A DNA stretch of 64,000 bases from Nitrospirota bacterium (GCA_016208915.1 JACQXE010000051.1:619-64618); one strand, 5' to 3'. Positions 1-10,363 are shown, numbered from the stretch's first letter. Notes: generated from the letters alone by a model not told the origin. A program made the numbers and translations.

Positions 1-377
1 TCTTATCTTTTTTCTTTCTTTATCCGTCTGAGGTAAAAAAGAGGGAACTGAAATTTTTCCATGTCCTTGACGAAGATGAGATTCCCCAAAGAGGGGTTAA
101 AAGAACTGATTTTTCCTATGAACAAGGCAATAGGGTTATAAATACAAAGACATTTATTGTAATGACAGCGAAAGGCCTTATTGCCTTCTCACCTGTATGC
201 ACCCATTTAGGATGCCTCGTAAACTGGGACAGGAATAAGAATGAGTTTTTGTGCCCATGTCATGGCGGAAGGTACGATAAGGAAGGAAATGTCATAGCAG
301 GCCCTCCGCTGGCGCCTCTCGCAAAACTTCCTATCCAGATAAAAGACGGCAAGGTATTGGTGGGCATAAAGGTCTGA
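1..377 (+). CDS. Rieske 2Fe-2S protein (5' partial)
   Basis: CTHLGC and CPCHGG motifs; frame is open back to the window start. Confidence 0.9.
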   Translation, partial: LSFFFLYPSEVKKRELKFFHVLDEDEIPQRGVKRTDFSYEQGNRVINTKTFIVMTAKGLIAFSPVCTHLGCLVNWDRNKNEFLCPCHGGRYDKEGNVIAGPPLAPLAKLPIQIKDGKVLVGIKV

Positions 378-387
378 CAAATATATC

Positions 388-1104
388 ATGAAAGACTGGA
401 AGGATAACATAAGTTTTGTGCTTGTCGAGCCTAAGGAGCCGGGCAATATAGGAGCCTCTGCAAGGGCAATGAAGAACATGGGATTTCAAACCCTTGAACT
501 GGTAAAACCTAAACGATTCATGACTGATGAAGCAAAGTGGATGGCTTGCAATTCGCTCGACGTGCTTGAGAATGCAATTGTTCATCTGAGTTTAAGGGAT
601 GCGATAAAAAACAAAAGTTTAATCATAGGAACGACAAGAAGGCTGGGGAAAAGAAGAGGACTTATTCTTCAACTGAGAGATAGCATCAAAAAGATAATCA
701 GTGCTGCAAAAAAGAATAAGGTTGCACTACTCTTTGGAAGAGAAGATAAAGGCCTGAACAATAAAGAAGTTGAGGAATGCGGTTTTCTGATAACAATCCC
801 CTCGGAGCCATCGATGCCGTCGCTTAACCTTGCGCAGAGCGTATTGCTTGTTGCATATGAACTAAGTCAAAAGACATACAAGGCAGAAACCCCTTCTTTA
901 GTCTTGCATGAAAAACTTGAAACGCTGTACACTCATATACGATCAACGCTTAAAATGCTTGAATACATACCCCGGGGCAACAGAGATATTGAAGTGAGGA
1001 TAATGAGAAACCTAAAACATCTCATAGGCAGATCAGGACTCACAGATTGGGAATTACAGATGCTTCATGGGATATGTTCACAGGTGGAAAAAAGATTAAA
1101 ATAA
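388..1104 (+). CDS. trmJ: TrmJ/LasT family SPOUT RNA methyltransferase
   Basis: VLVEPKEPGNIGASARAMKNMG, LFGREDKGL, SLNLAQSV motifs. Confidence 0.85.
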   Translation: MKDWKDNISFVLVEPKEPGNIGASARAMKNMGFQTLELVKPKRFMTDEAKWMACNSLDVLENAIVHLSLRDAIKNKSLIIGTTRRLGKRRGLILQLRDSIKKIISAAKKNKVALLFGREDKGLNNKEVEECGFLITIPSEPSMPSLNLAQSVLLVAYELSQKTYKAETPSLVLHEKLETLYTHIRSTLKMLEYIPRGNRDIEVRIMRNLKHLIGRSGLTDWELQMLHGICSQVEKRLK

Positions 1105-1168
1105 AGGGTTCTTCTGGGATTAGAGTGGATAAAACATTGTTCCCCTTTGGCAAAGGTACACCCATTGA

Positions 1169-1202
1169 TCCCCCCTTTGAAAAAGGGGGGTAAAGGGGGA
1201 TT
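1169..1202. repeat. REP-like palindrome CCCCCCTTTGAAAAAGGGGGG..AAAGGGGGA
   Basis: Hairpin-forming; related copy at about 38205-38248. Confidence 0.65.
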
Positions 1203-1385
1203 ATAGAACTGGACGGAGGACAGCATTATACAGAAGACGGCAAAGCAAAAGACATGCGAAGAGACGAGTTTATGAGAAGCATACGATTGCGGGTTTTGAG
1301 GTTTTCTGATAGGGATGTATTTGACAATATGGACAAAGAGGGGGCTCTACAGGAAAGTCGGAAGAACCTAAAAAAGGAGGGCTGA
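1203..1385 (+). pseudogene. C-terminal remnant of DUF559 (Vsr-like) endonuclease
   Basis: Translates IELDGGQHY...DMRRDEFMRSIRLRVLRFSDRDVFDN; in-frame TAA at 1191 and no start codon before the motif. Confidence 0.7.
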
Positions 1386-1399
1386 ATCAGCCCTCCCTT
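1374..1399. terminator. Intrinsic terminator-like hairpin between convergent genes
   Basis: GGAGGGCTGA/TCAGCCCTCC inverted repeat. Confidence 0.6.
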
Positions 1400-1430
1400 A
1401 AGAATCTCGCTAAAAGCAAATGTCCTTTTT

Positions 1431-3105
1431 TTAATTTATCGTTATCAACTTAGACTTTGTATTGTTTCCATCATTCATCTCAGGCACTACTCCATCTGCA
1501 TCTGCTGCACAAAAGATATAGTATTTGCCCGGAAGTGTGTCAGATGGAATAAGACAAGTCATACTGCCTGCGTTTGATTCTCCTACTGCAAGTGGGATCA
1601 CTGCCCTAAAGCAACCAAGCGGTTTATCCCAAGGAAACAACTTAGTGTCAACAGACAGATAAAACTTGTTGGTAGATGCCCCTGCATCTCCTGTTCCGTT
1701 ATTTTTTGTTGTATTACCTATTGTGATTGTTGTTCCTGCTTTTGCAGTAGAAGGTGCAGTAAGAGCTGATATTATAAGATCAGCGCCTATCTTAATCGAG
1801 TCGTTCTTTAAGTTATTGATCTCGTTTGTCTCAGCAACTACATTATCAGCATCTGCAATAGCTAAAATATAAAACATATCTGCATCTGTTATGCCGCAAG
1901 GAAGGGTACATTCTGTACTTCCTGTATTCTGAGTGATTGGGCCAAGCGGTGGAATAACTCTGCTGCAAATAAGTTTGTCTTCTGCGCTGTATGTGGCATC
2001 AGTAGAAAAGTAGAACTTTGTTGTTGATGTGCCTGCTGGGCCTGTGCCTTGATTCTTGGTTGTATCAGTAACAGTTATGTTTTGACATGCCGCACCGGTT
2101 AATGGGACTGAGAAAGCAGAGACGATAAGATCAGAGGTTGAGGGCTGGCAATTTGGCTCAGGATTAGGACTAACTGTGTCCCACTTGCCATTGCAGTTAT
2201 TGTCTTTTCCGTCACTGCATATGAAACTACCATATGGCCCCTCTATTACTCCGGGGTTAATTGTAGCATCACTGTCATTACAGTCATTGCCGGGTGTTGT
2301 TTGACATCCAGCCGGCACACAGCCAGCTCCTGTGCACGTTCCGTCTAATGATGCGTTTATGTGTAAGTCGTTGTCTTTGTCACAATAGTAAGTGAACGGA
2401 ACAGCACAGTTAGGGTCTGTATAGAACCACCAAACTGGACTCGAAATATCTCCAGTTGGAGTATGAGCTACGACTCCCCAATAATATGTCTTCCCTGTTT
2501 CCAATGTCGGGAATAGACATAAAGGCGATGATACATTATCACAAATCTTCACAGCTGGATACATTGTAATGTAATCTAAAATATATACGTCATAACCTGT
2601 AGCTCCCGACACAGGATCCCAGCTAAACGAACCGTTCAAATTACACACGCTTGCACCATTTGCAGGAGAAGGGTTATAGACGCCAGGACGTAAGGCGGTG
2701 GGAATCTTGGATAGAGAAATATTGTACGTTCCCGCAGAGTTAACACCAAAATCGCGTATGACTATGGTATAAAGCCCTGTCTGCGCAAGTTGGTGATCGA
2801 GGACGTCACCACCACAGTAATTGCCGTTACCACAGGTCTGCCTCGGCTGGCCCTCCACCTGGTGGATATAGGACTATATGCGTGTCTAAAGCCCCCGAAA
2901 TCGTCACTGCGTTAATGATTACCTGATCACCTACGTTACCCGTAAATGTCCATGTATCCATGTATGAAGGACCAACGAGATCAATACCTATTTTGGTCTC
3001 ACCTGAATTTATCGGTCCCATATCAGCAGCCCAACCTAAAGAAAAACAACTACACACAAAAATCACAACTAACAGCAGAAATAAAAATCTCTTCCCCATA
3101 CCCAA
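1431..3105 (-). pseudogene. Exported PPC-like / Cys-rich metal-binding motif / 2x CARDB protein, frameshifted near 2835
   Basis: Signal-peptide ORF 2827-3105 continues out of frame into ORF 1431-2858; DCND...CSDGKDNNCNG motif; two DLIxSA...E(T/M)NxxNN CARDB-like repeats. Confidence 0.75.
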
Positions 3106-3218
3106 TTTCCTCCTTTAAATTAGTATTTTGATTTTATGCTTCCCCCAAACAAAAAATCCCTTTCCTTTCCCCCAAAACCTTTTTTTCATCTCATAAACTT
3201 CCCTCCTTTTTAGTAAAA

Positions 3219-3280
3219 CAGCTTTCAGCGTTCAGCTTAATAAAGAAGCTATCAGCCATCAGCGGTCAGCTCTCAGCTTC
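3219..3280. repeat. Degenerate heptamer array (NNTCAGC) at 3' flank of four-helix gene
   Basis: cagctttcagcgttcagct and gctatcagccatcagcggtcagctctcagct. Confidence 0.75.
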
Positions 3281-3618
3281 TGAATAAAAGATGCAAGCAT
3301 CTTCTTTACGTCAATAACTTCACTCTCAAGTCGTTCATAGTCAGTCATGCTAATAAACTTGAGATCTCTTGCAAGCAATAAATGATATTCGAGTTCACTT
3401 GCCGAACCCATAGCCATCTGAATAAAACGCGCCATATCGGCGTCTCCTTTCCTGCCGCATCCTTCCGCAATATTCGCAGGGACAGAGGATGCAGCGCGCC
3501 GGAGCTGACTTGTCAGCCCATACAATTCATCTTTTGGAAATGCTTGCGTAGTCTTATAAACCGTCAACGCAACCTCATGCGCCTTTTCCCAAACTTTCAA
3601 ATCTTTAAAGCTTTTCAA
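3259..3618 (-). CDS. Four helix bundle protein (23S-IVS protein/Avd-like family)
   Basis: FKDLKVWEKA...FPKDELYGLTSQLRRAASSVPANIAEG...GSASELEY signature. Confidence 0.9.
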   Translation of the reverse strand: MKSFKDLKVWEKAHEVALTVYKTTQAFPKDELYGLTSQLRRAASSVPANIAEGCGRKGDADMARFIQMAMGSASELEYHLLLARDLKFISMTDYERLESEVIDVKKMLASFIQKLRADR

Positions 3619-3636
3619 TATTGAACTCCGTTAATA

Positions 3637-3737
3637 GCTATCAGCATTCAGCTATCAGCTTAATAATAAACAGCTTTCTGCAATCTGCTCTCTGCTTTCT
3701 GCTTTTGGTTTTTTACTGAACGCTGAGTGCTGATTGC
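3637..3737. repeat. Degenerate heptamer arrays at 5' flank of four-helix gene
   Basis: gctatcagcattcagctatcagct; tctgcaatctgctctctgctttctgct; inverted ctgaacgctgagtgctga. Confidence 0.75.
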
Positions 3738-3812
3738 CTCCATAACGTTTTTATCTCCATGCTATTGCTTCTCTGACATATCCTATGCTATGTTTATACA
3801 AAAGGAATAGAT

Positions 3813-4040
3813 ATGCTTTCTTTAAAAAAACAATTAAATGCTTTACCTGCTCAGGTGTCTTCAAGGAAACTTGAGGCTTTGAAGTCACTTTCAAAGTTGG
3901 GCCTGAAATTATCTGATGGCTATGATTATTCCCTTTGGGAATACGCCTCTCCTGAAACAACCCTTGCTGATGTACAAAAGCGGCTTTCTTCCATAAAAAC
4001 CTCTTTATCAGACGATATAGTTGAAGAAAGAAACAGATAA
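3813..4040 (+). CDS. Putative antitoxin (VapB-like)
   Basis: Small ORF ending SLSDDIVEER, TAATG-coupled to a PIN toxin. Confidence 0.65.
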   Translation: MLSLKKQLNALPAQVSSRKLEALKSLSKLGLKLSDGYDYSLWEYASPETTLADVQKRLSSIKTSLSDDIVEERNR

Positions 4041-4468
4041 TGCCTTTGTATTTCTTTGACACCAGCGCTCTGGTCAAGAGATACCACATTGAATCCGGCT
4101 CAGAAAAGGTAAATGAGATATTTAATAACCCTGACGGCGTCTTTATCGTTACCAGCCTCACAGTAACAGAGTTTGTATCCGCCTTTGCAAGAAAACTGCA
4201 TGAAAAGGTCATATCAGAAGATGATTTCCGCTTCTGTTTATCAGAGTTTGCAAAAGACATCATTTCTCTCTTCTGGATCATAGACCTTGAAAGAAGCCAC
4301 ATTAACAAATCCATCTCTTTGATAATCAAACATAATCTCAGAACCCTCGACAGCCTCCAGCTTTCTGCATTTTTAGACCTTTCATCTCTCAATCCAATAA
4401 TGATTACCTCTGATGAAGCATTATTCGATGCTACTGTTAAAGAAGGTTTTTCAGCTATAAAACCCTAA
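4040..4468 (+). CDS. vapC: PIN-domain VapC toxin
   Basis: FFDTSALVKRY..E, LRTLDSLQL, TSD acidic PIN residues. Confidence 0.85.
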   Translation: MPLYFFDTSALVKRYHIESGSEKVNEIFNNPDGVFIVTSLTVTEFVSAFARKLHEKVISEDDFRFCLSEFAKDIISLFWIIDLERSHINKSISLIIKHNLRTLDSLQLSAFLDLSSLNPIMITSDEALFDATVKEGFSAIKP

Positions 4469-4515
4469 AAATTCCATACCTCTTTAACAAACAACCAACT
4501 ATTAAGATAACAATC

Positions 4516-4548
4516 AAAAAACAAAAAGGGCAGTATTAACCGCCCTTT
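4516..4548 (-). terminator. Terminator-like hairpin in conserved leader (copy A)
   Basis: AAAGGGC..GCCCTTT followed by a T-rich tail on the minus strand; homologous to 15329-15364. Confidence 0.55.
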
Positions 4549-4715
4549 AAATCTATGACTTAAAATGTTTTCTTGCTGCTTTATAAAAGCTACTCGAAAA
4601 ACTCCTTACCCCATTTAGCCTCTCCTAATCCCCCTGAAAACTGATAAATAACAACACATTCAGATAAAAACTGTCAAGGATAAAGCAAAAGACATTCTTA
4701 TCCACTAATATCAAA

Positions 4716-4842
4716 AGCAACATCCATGCCAGATTTATAACACATTGATTCTAAACTATTTTATGAAAATAGGTTTTAAATGGATATCAAAAGTGTAAAA
4801 TTTTCCGACACTTTTAGTCTTGAACTGTCAGGTTTCTTTACA
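4716..4842 (-). promoter_or_regulatory. Sigma54 promoter + IHF site + enhancer-like TGT-N11-ACA boxes (copy A)
   Basis: TGGCATGGATGTTGCT (4731-4716); AATCAATGTGTTA (4750-4738); TGTAAAATTTTCCGACA 4794-4810 and TGTCAGGTTTCTTTACA 4826-4842. Confidence 0.75.
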
Positions 4843-4883
4843 CTTTTAACGAGGGATAACAGATAAAGGTAAAATATCTGACG

Positions 4884-5210
4884 CTATCCTGTGACTTCTT
4901 TTAGCCACTTCAGATAATCATATGAACCCTCAACAATCGGCACGCCGATAATCTCAGGGACTGTATAGGTGTGAAGCTCCTTGACTCTTTTTGAGATGTT
5001 ATCAAAAAGCCTGCTCTGGGTCTTGGCAATCAGCAGAACTTCCGGTTCATCATGAATTTTTCCCTGCCAGCTATATATTGACCGCATATTTTTTATAATA
5101 TTAACGCAGCCTGCAAGCCTTTCTTCGACAAGAGTCTTTGCTATCTTTGAAGCCTCTTCCTCATTGGGAACTGTTATAAATACAACGACATTATTAGTCA
5201 GGTTTCCCAC
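4884..5210 (-). CDS. cutA: Divalent-cation tolerance protein CutA
   Basis: LVEERLAGCVN, SIYSWQGK, HTYTVPEII. Confidence 0.9.
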   Translation of the reverse strand: MGNLTNNVVVFITVPNEEEASKIAKTLVEERLAGCVNIIKNMRSIYSWQGKIHDEPEVLLIAKTQSRLFDNISKRVKELHTYTVPEIIGVPIVEGSYDYLKWLKEVTG

Positions 5211-6330
5211 AGAATTTTCCTCCTAGCATTAGAGTCTCCTTTTTGCTGCCTTGACGAAACAATGTTACCGTTGGGCTGAAAAATACAAAATCCTGATGGA
5301 ATGGAGTGTTGATATTTCCTCCGAATGAGCTATTGTCTCCAAGCGCAATATGGATTGTGCCGAAGATTTTTTCTGATTCAAGTATATTGTCAGGTCTCTT
5401 AGCCATATTATTGGTGCCTATCCCGAGTTCTGCTATGTTTGCATTTTCTTTTCGTTCAGAGAGCTTTGCCCTCAGATAATCAGCGTATTCTTCTGTTCCT
5501 GATACCATAGAGACGAGACCCTTTTTCACAGTCAATGTAATAGGCGATTTCAGTTGCCTTGTAGGCGCCCATTCTATGACAAGCTTGCCATTGGCTGTGC
5601 CTTCAACCGGCGCAAGATAAACCTCGCCTGCAGGAAGATTTCCGAAGGCCCCGGGCTTTGTGAGTATCCCTGTGTCTGACTGTGCCTTCCTGCCTTTTTT
5701 TGAAAATGAAATTTGCGTGCCATTCGGCGTCTTTATCTCAACAAATTCAGATTTGTTTACTTTCATTGCAATATTTTTTGTGGTCCTTTCAAGCGCTTTC
5801 CAGTTCACATTCATAGCGCCTTCAAGCATTGACGCATCAAACAGGGGCATACTCGCATACCTGGCCCCGCATATTCTTGTGAGCAGGTCCCTGAACCTCG
5901 TATGGCTTGTAGAGTAATTTGATAAGGCAATGACAGCAGCCACGGCATATTTCCTGTATTTTGATACGATATACTCAATTTTTTCTGTTTCAGACCGGTG
6001 AATTTTTTTCCTTATGAGCGGATTTAAAAGTCTTTCTTCTTTCAGTGTCTTTAATGACTTTTCTCCGAATGCCATGCCCCAGAGTTCTTCAGGAGGCTCT
6101 GCACCGTGATTTCCGGTGGCGCTATATTCATGATAAAAGACATTTTTGCAAAAACCCTTTCCTATCTCAGAAAAGAGTAGGGCTATATCCCTGAGCCTTT
6201 CTCTCCTGCAGCTGTCCGCTTCTTCGAGAACCTCTTTAATGGATATCCTGTCTGTAAAGATGAGAACATTTTCTGATTTTTTGACATTTAGATTTATCCT
6301 GAAGATATTCCTTATTGTCTGTGTTATCAA
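5194..6330 (-). CDS. M29-type (thermophilic metalloprotease/leucyl) aminopeptidase
   Basis: NLPAGEVYLAP, IAELGIGTN, EKIFGTIHIALG, HQD. Confidence 0.8.
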   Translation of the reverse strand: MITQTIRNIFRINLNVKKSENVLIFTDRISIKEVLEEADSCRRERLRDIALLFSEIGKGFCKNVFYHEYSATGNHGAEPPEELWGMAFGEKSLKTLKEERLLNPLIRKKIHRSETEKIEYIVSKYRKYAVAAVIALSNYSTSHTRFRDLLTRICGARYASMPLFDASMLEGAMNVNWKALERTTKNIAMKVNKSEFVEIKTPNGTQISFSKKGRKAQSDTGILTKPGAFGNLPAGEVYLAPVEGTANGKLVIEWAPTRQLKSPITLTVKKGLVSMVSGTEEYADYLRAKLSERKENANIAELGIGTNNMAKRPDNILESEKIFGTIHIALGDNSSFGGNINTPFHQDFVFFSPTVTLFRQGSKKETLMLGGKFCGKPD

Positions 6331-6339
6331 GCCTGTTCT

Positions 6340-7638
6340 CTATGAGCCGTCATCTGTTTTGATATGCGGTGTTATGAATATGAGAAGCTCAGTTTTATCT
6401 TTTCTTTTAGTTTCTTTTTTAAAAAGCCATCCGAGCAGAGGTATTTTGGATAATAAGGGCACGCGGTTTTCCCCTTCAGTATCAGTCTCAGTATAGATAC
6501 CGCCTATAACTATTGTTTCTCCGTTTTTGATAAGAACTCCTGTCTGGGTCTCACGGCTAGTCTTTGGAGGGATGCCTAAAACAGAACGGCTGAAATCAAA
6601 TTCTTCTTTTTTTGTCAGAATCTTCAACGACACCTGTTCAAGATCTATTATCTTAGGTGTAACTGTCAAACGTAAAGAGGCTTCCTTTTCTGTAGTGCCT
6701 GTAACCTGCGAACTGCCTCCTGATATCGTTGTCGTAGGGATTATAATCTGCGTGCCGCTTGAAATTGTTGCCTCCTGGTTATCCAAAACCATTACCTTCG
6801 GGCTGGAGAGTATCTTTGCCTTGCCCTCTGCCTCGAGCGCAGAAAGCTGCAAATCCAATGTCAGCTTGTTAGTTAATAAGCCTATGCCTATTGCTCCGCC
6901 ACTTCCTGCGCCAACTGCCGCAGGAAGATTTACGTTAAATGCATTTCCTGAATAGCCTATTCCGCCGGTTAATGCAATTGCAGCTGTATCGGTTGATGTT
7001 GTCTTTGTGGCGCCTCCAAACACTAATACGTCTCCGGTCCGATACATAGTGCCCCATTGGATGCCTAACTCTTCTCTCGCATTAGTACTGATCTCAACAA
7101 TCTGCGCCTCGATCATTACCTGTTTTGTCTTTATATCTACCTGTTTCAATAGCTGAGCTGCCCTGTCTATTGCTGATGGAGTATCCTTAATGACTATCGT
7201 GCTGCTCCTTATATCTGATGCCACTGTGCCTTTTTTGCTCAAGGCCTTTGTAATTACAGGTTCGAGTTCTTTCGGGTTCGCATATTTGACAGTCATTGTG
7301 CGGGTTATAAGGTCAGCATCATCTTCCAATGGGACTATACTTACAATATTGCTCTCTTTGATGTAAGAATACCCTTTCCCTTTTAATATGGAGTCTATCG
7401 CATCCCAGAGCGGAACATTTCTGAGACTGACAGTCACCTTCCCGGTTAGCTTTTCATCGACAATGATGTTGATACCGTGCTCCTGTCCTATCGCCCTCAT
7501 TACGTCCCGAAGTTCAACATCTCTGAGTTCTATCGAAACAAGCGGACCCTTATCCTCGGCATAAGCAGTAAACAGTGAACAGTTAATAGTAAACAGTAAA
7601 AAAATAATATGTAAAGCATAGCGCCTTTTCATCTTCAT
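6340..7638 (-). CDS. pilQ: Type IV pilus secretin PilQ-like (short, no AMIN domains)
   Basis: QVMIEAQIVE, ILSSPKVMVLDNQEA, GETIVIGG, VPLLSKIPLLGWLFK. Confidence 0.85.
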   Translation of the reverse strand: MKMKRRYALHIIFLLFTINCSLFTAYAEDKGPLVSIELRDVELRDVMRAIGQEHGINIIVDEKLTGKVTVSLRNVPLWDAIDSILKGKGYSYIKESNIVSIVPLEDDADLITRTMTVKYANPKELEPVITKALSKKGTVASDIRSSTIVIKDTPSAIDRAAQLLKQVDIKTKQVMIEAQIVEISTNAREELGIQWGTMYRTGDVLVFGGATKTTSTDTAAIALTGGIGYSGNAFNVNLPAAVGAGSGGAIGIGLLTNKLTLDLQLSALEAEGKAKILSSPKVMVLDNQEATISSGTQIIIPTTTISGGSSQVTGTTEKEASLRLTVTPKIIDLEQVSLKILTKKEEFDFSRSVLGIPPKTSRETQTGVLIKNGETIVIGGIYTETDTEGENRVPLLSKIPLLGWLFKKETKRKDKTELLIFITPHIKTDDGS

Positions 7639-8102
7639 CTTCTCCCCCCCTTCTGTCCGCCTAAGGCGGATTCAATAGCGAATTTCTCTATTCCAAGATA
7701 AAACTTTTTCCCGCTTTTTTCTAAAATGACCCTGTCCTTGTTTATGCCTACTATCATGAAGTCATTGACCTTCTCGTTTTTCCTGTAAAATCCTCCGTTT
7801 ATTATTGCCAATGCCCTTTCTCCGTCAGATATTATACCCTCAACCTTCAGACCTATTGAGACGTCTTCCTTTTGTATTCTTTCCTTTTTCAGCACGCTGT
7901 CTTCATATCTTATGAACGGGTCTCTCCCCCACTTTTCCTTTATTATTTCCTTCACAGGCGACTGCAATGCACTGAGTTTTATATCAGAAAGATTTTCTGC
8001 ATAAGAAAGTGAAAAGTGAAAAGTGAAAAGTGAAAAGATAAAAATCATGGAAAATATTTTTTTTGATCTTTGTAATTTGCAAGTTGCAACTTTTCTCTTC
8101 AT
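7635..8102 (-). CDS. PilP-like accessory protein
   Basis: RDPF motif, GII..G...AIING; position between pilO and pilQ. Confidence 0.55.
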   Translation of the reverse strand: MKRKVATCKLQRSKKIFSMIFIFSLFTFHFSLSYAENLSDIKLSALQSPVKEIIKEKWGRDPFIRYEDSVLKKERIQKEDVSIGLKVEGIISDGERALAIINGGFYRKNEKVNDFMIVGINKDRVILEKSGKKFYLGIEKFAIESALGGQKGGRR

Positions 8103-8659
8103 TGCTTTTTCCTCAGATAGGTCACAACCTTCAAAATGGCTATGCCTGAAGGATACAAGGCGCTGTTGGTCTCGAACTTGAGTTCCCGTATCAGAAACAA
8201 TCTGTGTCTTAATTCAATACTTCTGAGAAAATCATACATCTCCCTGAATCTGACCCTTAACTCTATCTTTACCCTCATGATAATAAAATTATCCTTATAT
8301 TCGAACCCCTCAGGCGCTATGGATATGAAATCCACTCTTGCCATGCTTGCCTCACGGCTTATTGCCGCCAGCAAGCCTGAAAGGTCCTCTGCTTCCGGAA
8401 GTTTCATATCTTCGGCAATTTGATTTTTCTGAAGTGAAACCTGCGAAGACAGGGCAGTGTTTACAACCTCAATATCATTTTTCAGCGTCTGCAGAGTCTG
8501 CTGTTTTAAGTTTGCCTTCTGTGAAGCAGGCTTATACAGCAGAATATAGAAACCGCCTACTACTATAAATACCAGCATTAATACGCTGATAACCCTTTCC
8601 CTTCCTGAAAGGCGGTCTATCCTGCCGGCTATAGTTTTTCTCAAAGACTTTAGGTCCAT
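8099..8659 (-). CDS. pilO: PilO-like protein
   Basis: LSGRER + TM, KLPEAEDLSGLL; synteny. Confidence 0.7.
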   Translation of the reverse strand: MDLKSLRKTIAGRIDRLSGRERVISVLMLVFIVVGGFYILLYKPASQKANLKQQTLQTLKNDIEVVNTALSSQVSLQKNQIAEDMKLPEAEDLSGLLAAISREASMARVDFISIAPEGFEYKDNFIIMRVKIELRVRFREMYDFLRSIELRHRLFLIRELKFETNSALYPSGIAILKVVTYLRKKQ

Positions 8660-9186
8660 TTCAGTTTTGTCTTTAGTTCAAAGGAGATTTCCTTTTCTCC
8701 CTTTTGAGAAAATACGATTTCGACGTCGTAGAAGTACTGCGACGCCTCAAGCGCAGATATGAGATTCGCCACGCCAAGCTGTGTAGTTGTGAAGCCCTTT
8801 ACGCTCATCAGCTTTATCCCTCTCTCATCTTTTGATTCGATGGAAGAGAGCCACACATTTTCAGGCACAAGAATTGATATCTCACTTATGATAAAGCTCC
8901 ATCTGGGTGTTTTTCCTATAGCATCAAGTATCTCTCTGTCGACTGATGAGATGGTCTGGACAGGCGCAGATGCAACCAGTAATTTTTGCTGTAAATCTGT
9001 TTTATGTTTGTTTAGCTTGTCCAGTTCGATATCAACCTTTCTGATCTCAATGCCCTTAAAAAACCAGAGAACAATTATTGTTATGATATAAACTGCAAGC
9101 CCCGGGAAAATGTAATAAAACAGGCCCTTTATTTTAGGCTCGCCTGTTTTAACCTCTATTGGCAGAAGATTCAGCGTTTCCTTCAA
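8650..9186 (-). CDS. pilN: PilN-like protein
   Basis: LNLLP N-terminal motif, VPENVWLSSI. Confidence 0.8.
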   Translation of the reverse strand: MKETLNLLPIEVKTGEPKIKGLFYYIFPGLAVYIITIIVLWFFKGIEIRKVDIELDKLNKHKTDLQQKLLVASAPVQTISSVDREILDAIGKTPRWSFIISEISILVPENVWLSSIESKDERGIKLMSVKGFTTTQLGVANLISALEASQYFYDVEIVFSQKGEKEISFELKTKLKWT

Positions 9187-10136
9187 GAACCCCTCCTCGC
9201 AAGACCTATTGCCACAGAGAACATTGAACCTAACTTTCTTATTTTCTCATCTTTAAGAACAAGGCCGTTAAAAGGATTAGGTGCGCTGACCGGAACATCG
9301 AATACGCCTGAGAAATATTCCCTTATTGCAGAACTGACGGCAACCCCTCCTGTCAGAATCACCGCTTCAAATGTCTTTTCTTTAAATGTGGCTTTATAAT
9401 AATCTATGGACCTGAATATCTCTTTCAGTATCTGATTCAATATGTCTCGCATCTTTTCCGCAGGTCCGTTCATCAGTATGTTATCTGCCTCTTCTTCTGA
9501 AAAACCCTCATTAAGAAGATGGTTCTTCAGATGTTCTCCTCCCATATCTACGGATCTGGTCAGCCTCAAAGCCCCTGCCTTGACTATATCTATCTCCATC
9601 ACCTTTGCGCCTATGTCTAAGATTATTACATTTCCGGGACTGTTTAGAGGGATCGCCCTGATCAAACACAAAGGGTTTATGTCAACAGATGTTATACGGA
9701 GACCGGATTCCTTTAAAGGAAAGATATGGCGATTAATATTTTCTCTTTCTGTAGAAGCGAATGTTACTATGATGCCGTCAGCCCCTTGCTTTGCAACATA
9801 ATCATAGACTGCATTCTCGGCAGAATAAGGCAACTGTCTTTTTATCTCCCATCTTACAGCTTCCTTTAATTCGCTCTTCGGCATGAGGGGCAGGGTTATG
9901 GTTCTTATAAAAGAAAAACTGCTGGGTATCTGTACTGAAGCCTCTTTGCCGATAATATTCAGTTCTTTGAAAAAATTGTGCAGGCTGTTTATGAAAAGTG
10001 TATCGTCTTCCCTCTCAGAGGAAGAAATATTCATGGAGGCGGCAATGGAAACTTTATTTGTTCTGAGTCCTATGACCTTTATAGAACCACTGCCAAGATC
10101 TACCCCTAAGGGAGCAGGTCGAAACAGTTTTACCAT
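9183..10136 (-). CDS. pilM: PilM-like actin-fold protein
   Basis: GVDLGSGSIK, ILDIGA, ILTGGVA, VAIGLA. Confidence 0.8.
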   Translation of the reverse strand: MVKLFRPAPLGVDLGSGSIKVIGLRTNKVSIAASMNISSSEREDDTLFINSLHNFFKELNIIGKEASVQIPSSFSFIRTITLPLMPKSELKEAVRWEIKRQLPYSAENAVYDYVAKQGADGIIVTFASTERENINRHIFPLKESGLRITSVDINPLCLIRAIPLNSPGNVIILDIGAKVMEIDIVKAGALRLTRSVDMGGEHLKNHLLNEGFSEEEADNILMNGPAEKMRDILNQILKEIFRSIDYYKATFKEKTFEAVILTGGVAVSSAIREYFSGVFDVPVSAPNPFNGLVLKDEKIRKLGSMFSVAIGLARRGS

Positions 10137-10363
10137 CAGTGCCTCTTCGTAAAATAATATGCCATAAAAAACATGAATATTGAGATAAGCATGAGCGAAA
10201 CACCGAATCCAATTCTATAGGAAAAAGTAAAGCTGTCAATCCTCGCTACCATTTTGGCTGAAATATCATTAAGTCTTCGCAACGTCCCGGGCGCAACTAA
10301 GAAGAGGACGCCGATTACGAAAGCCAGAACCCCTATAACTACAGAAAAGGTAACAATTGACAT
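10136..10363 (-). CDS. Small two-TM membrane protein
   Basis: Two hydrophobic helices; TGATG coupling to pilM. Confidence 0.65.
   Translation of the reverse strand: MSIVTFSVVIGVLAFVIGVLFLVAPGTLRRLNDISAKMVARIDSFTFSYRIGFGVSLMLISIFMFFMAYYFTKRH

Noticed and set aside
3259-3618. Diversity-generating retroelement suggested by the Avd-like protein
   Set aside because: No reverse transcriptase and no template/variable repeat pair with A-specific mismatches seen in the window
3751-4392. Long antisense ORFs (also 55068-55622, 58426-58953, 62819-63589)
   Set aside because: Shadows of well-supported genes on the opposite strand
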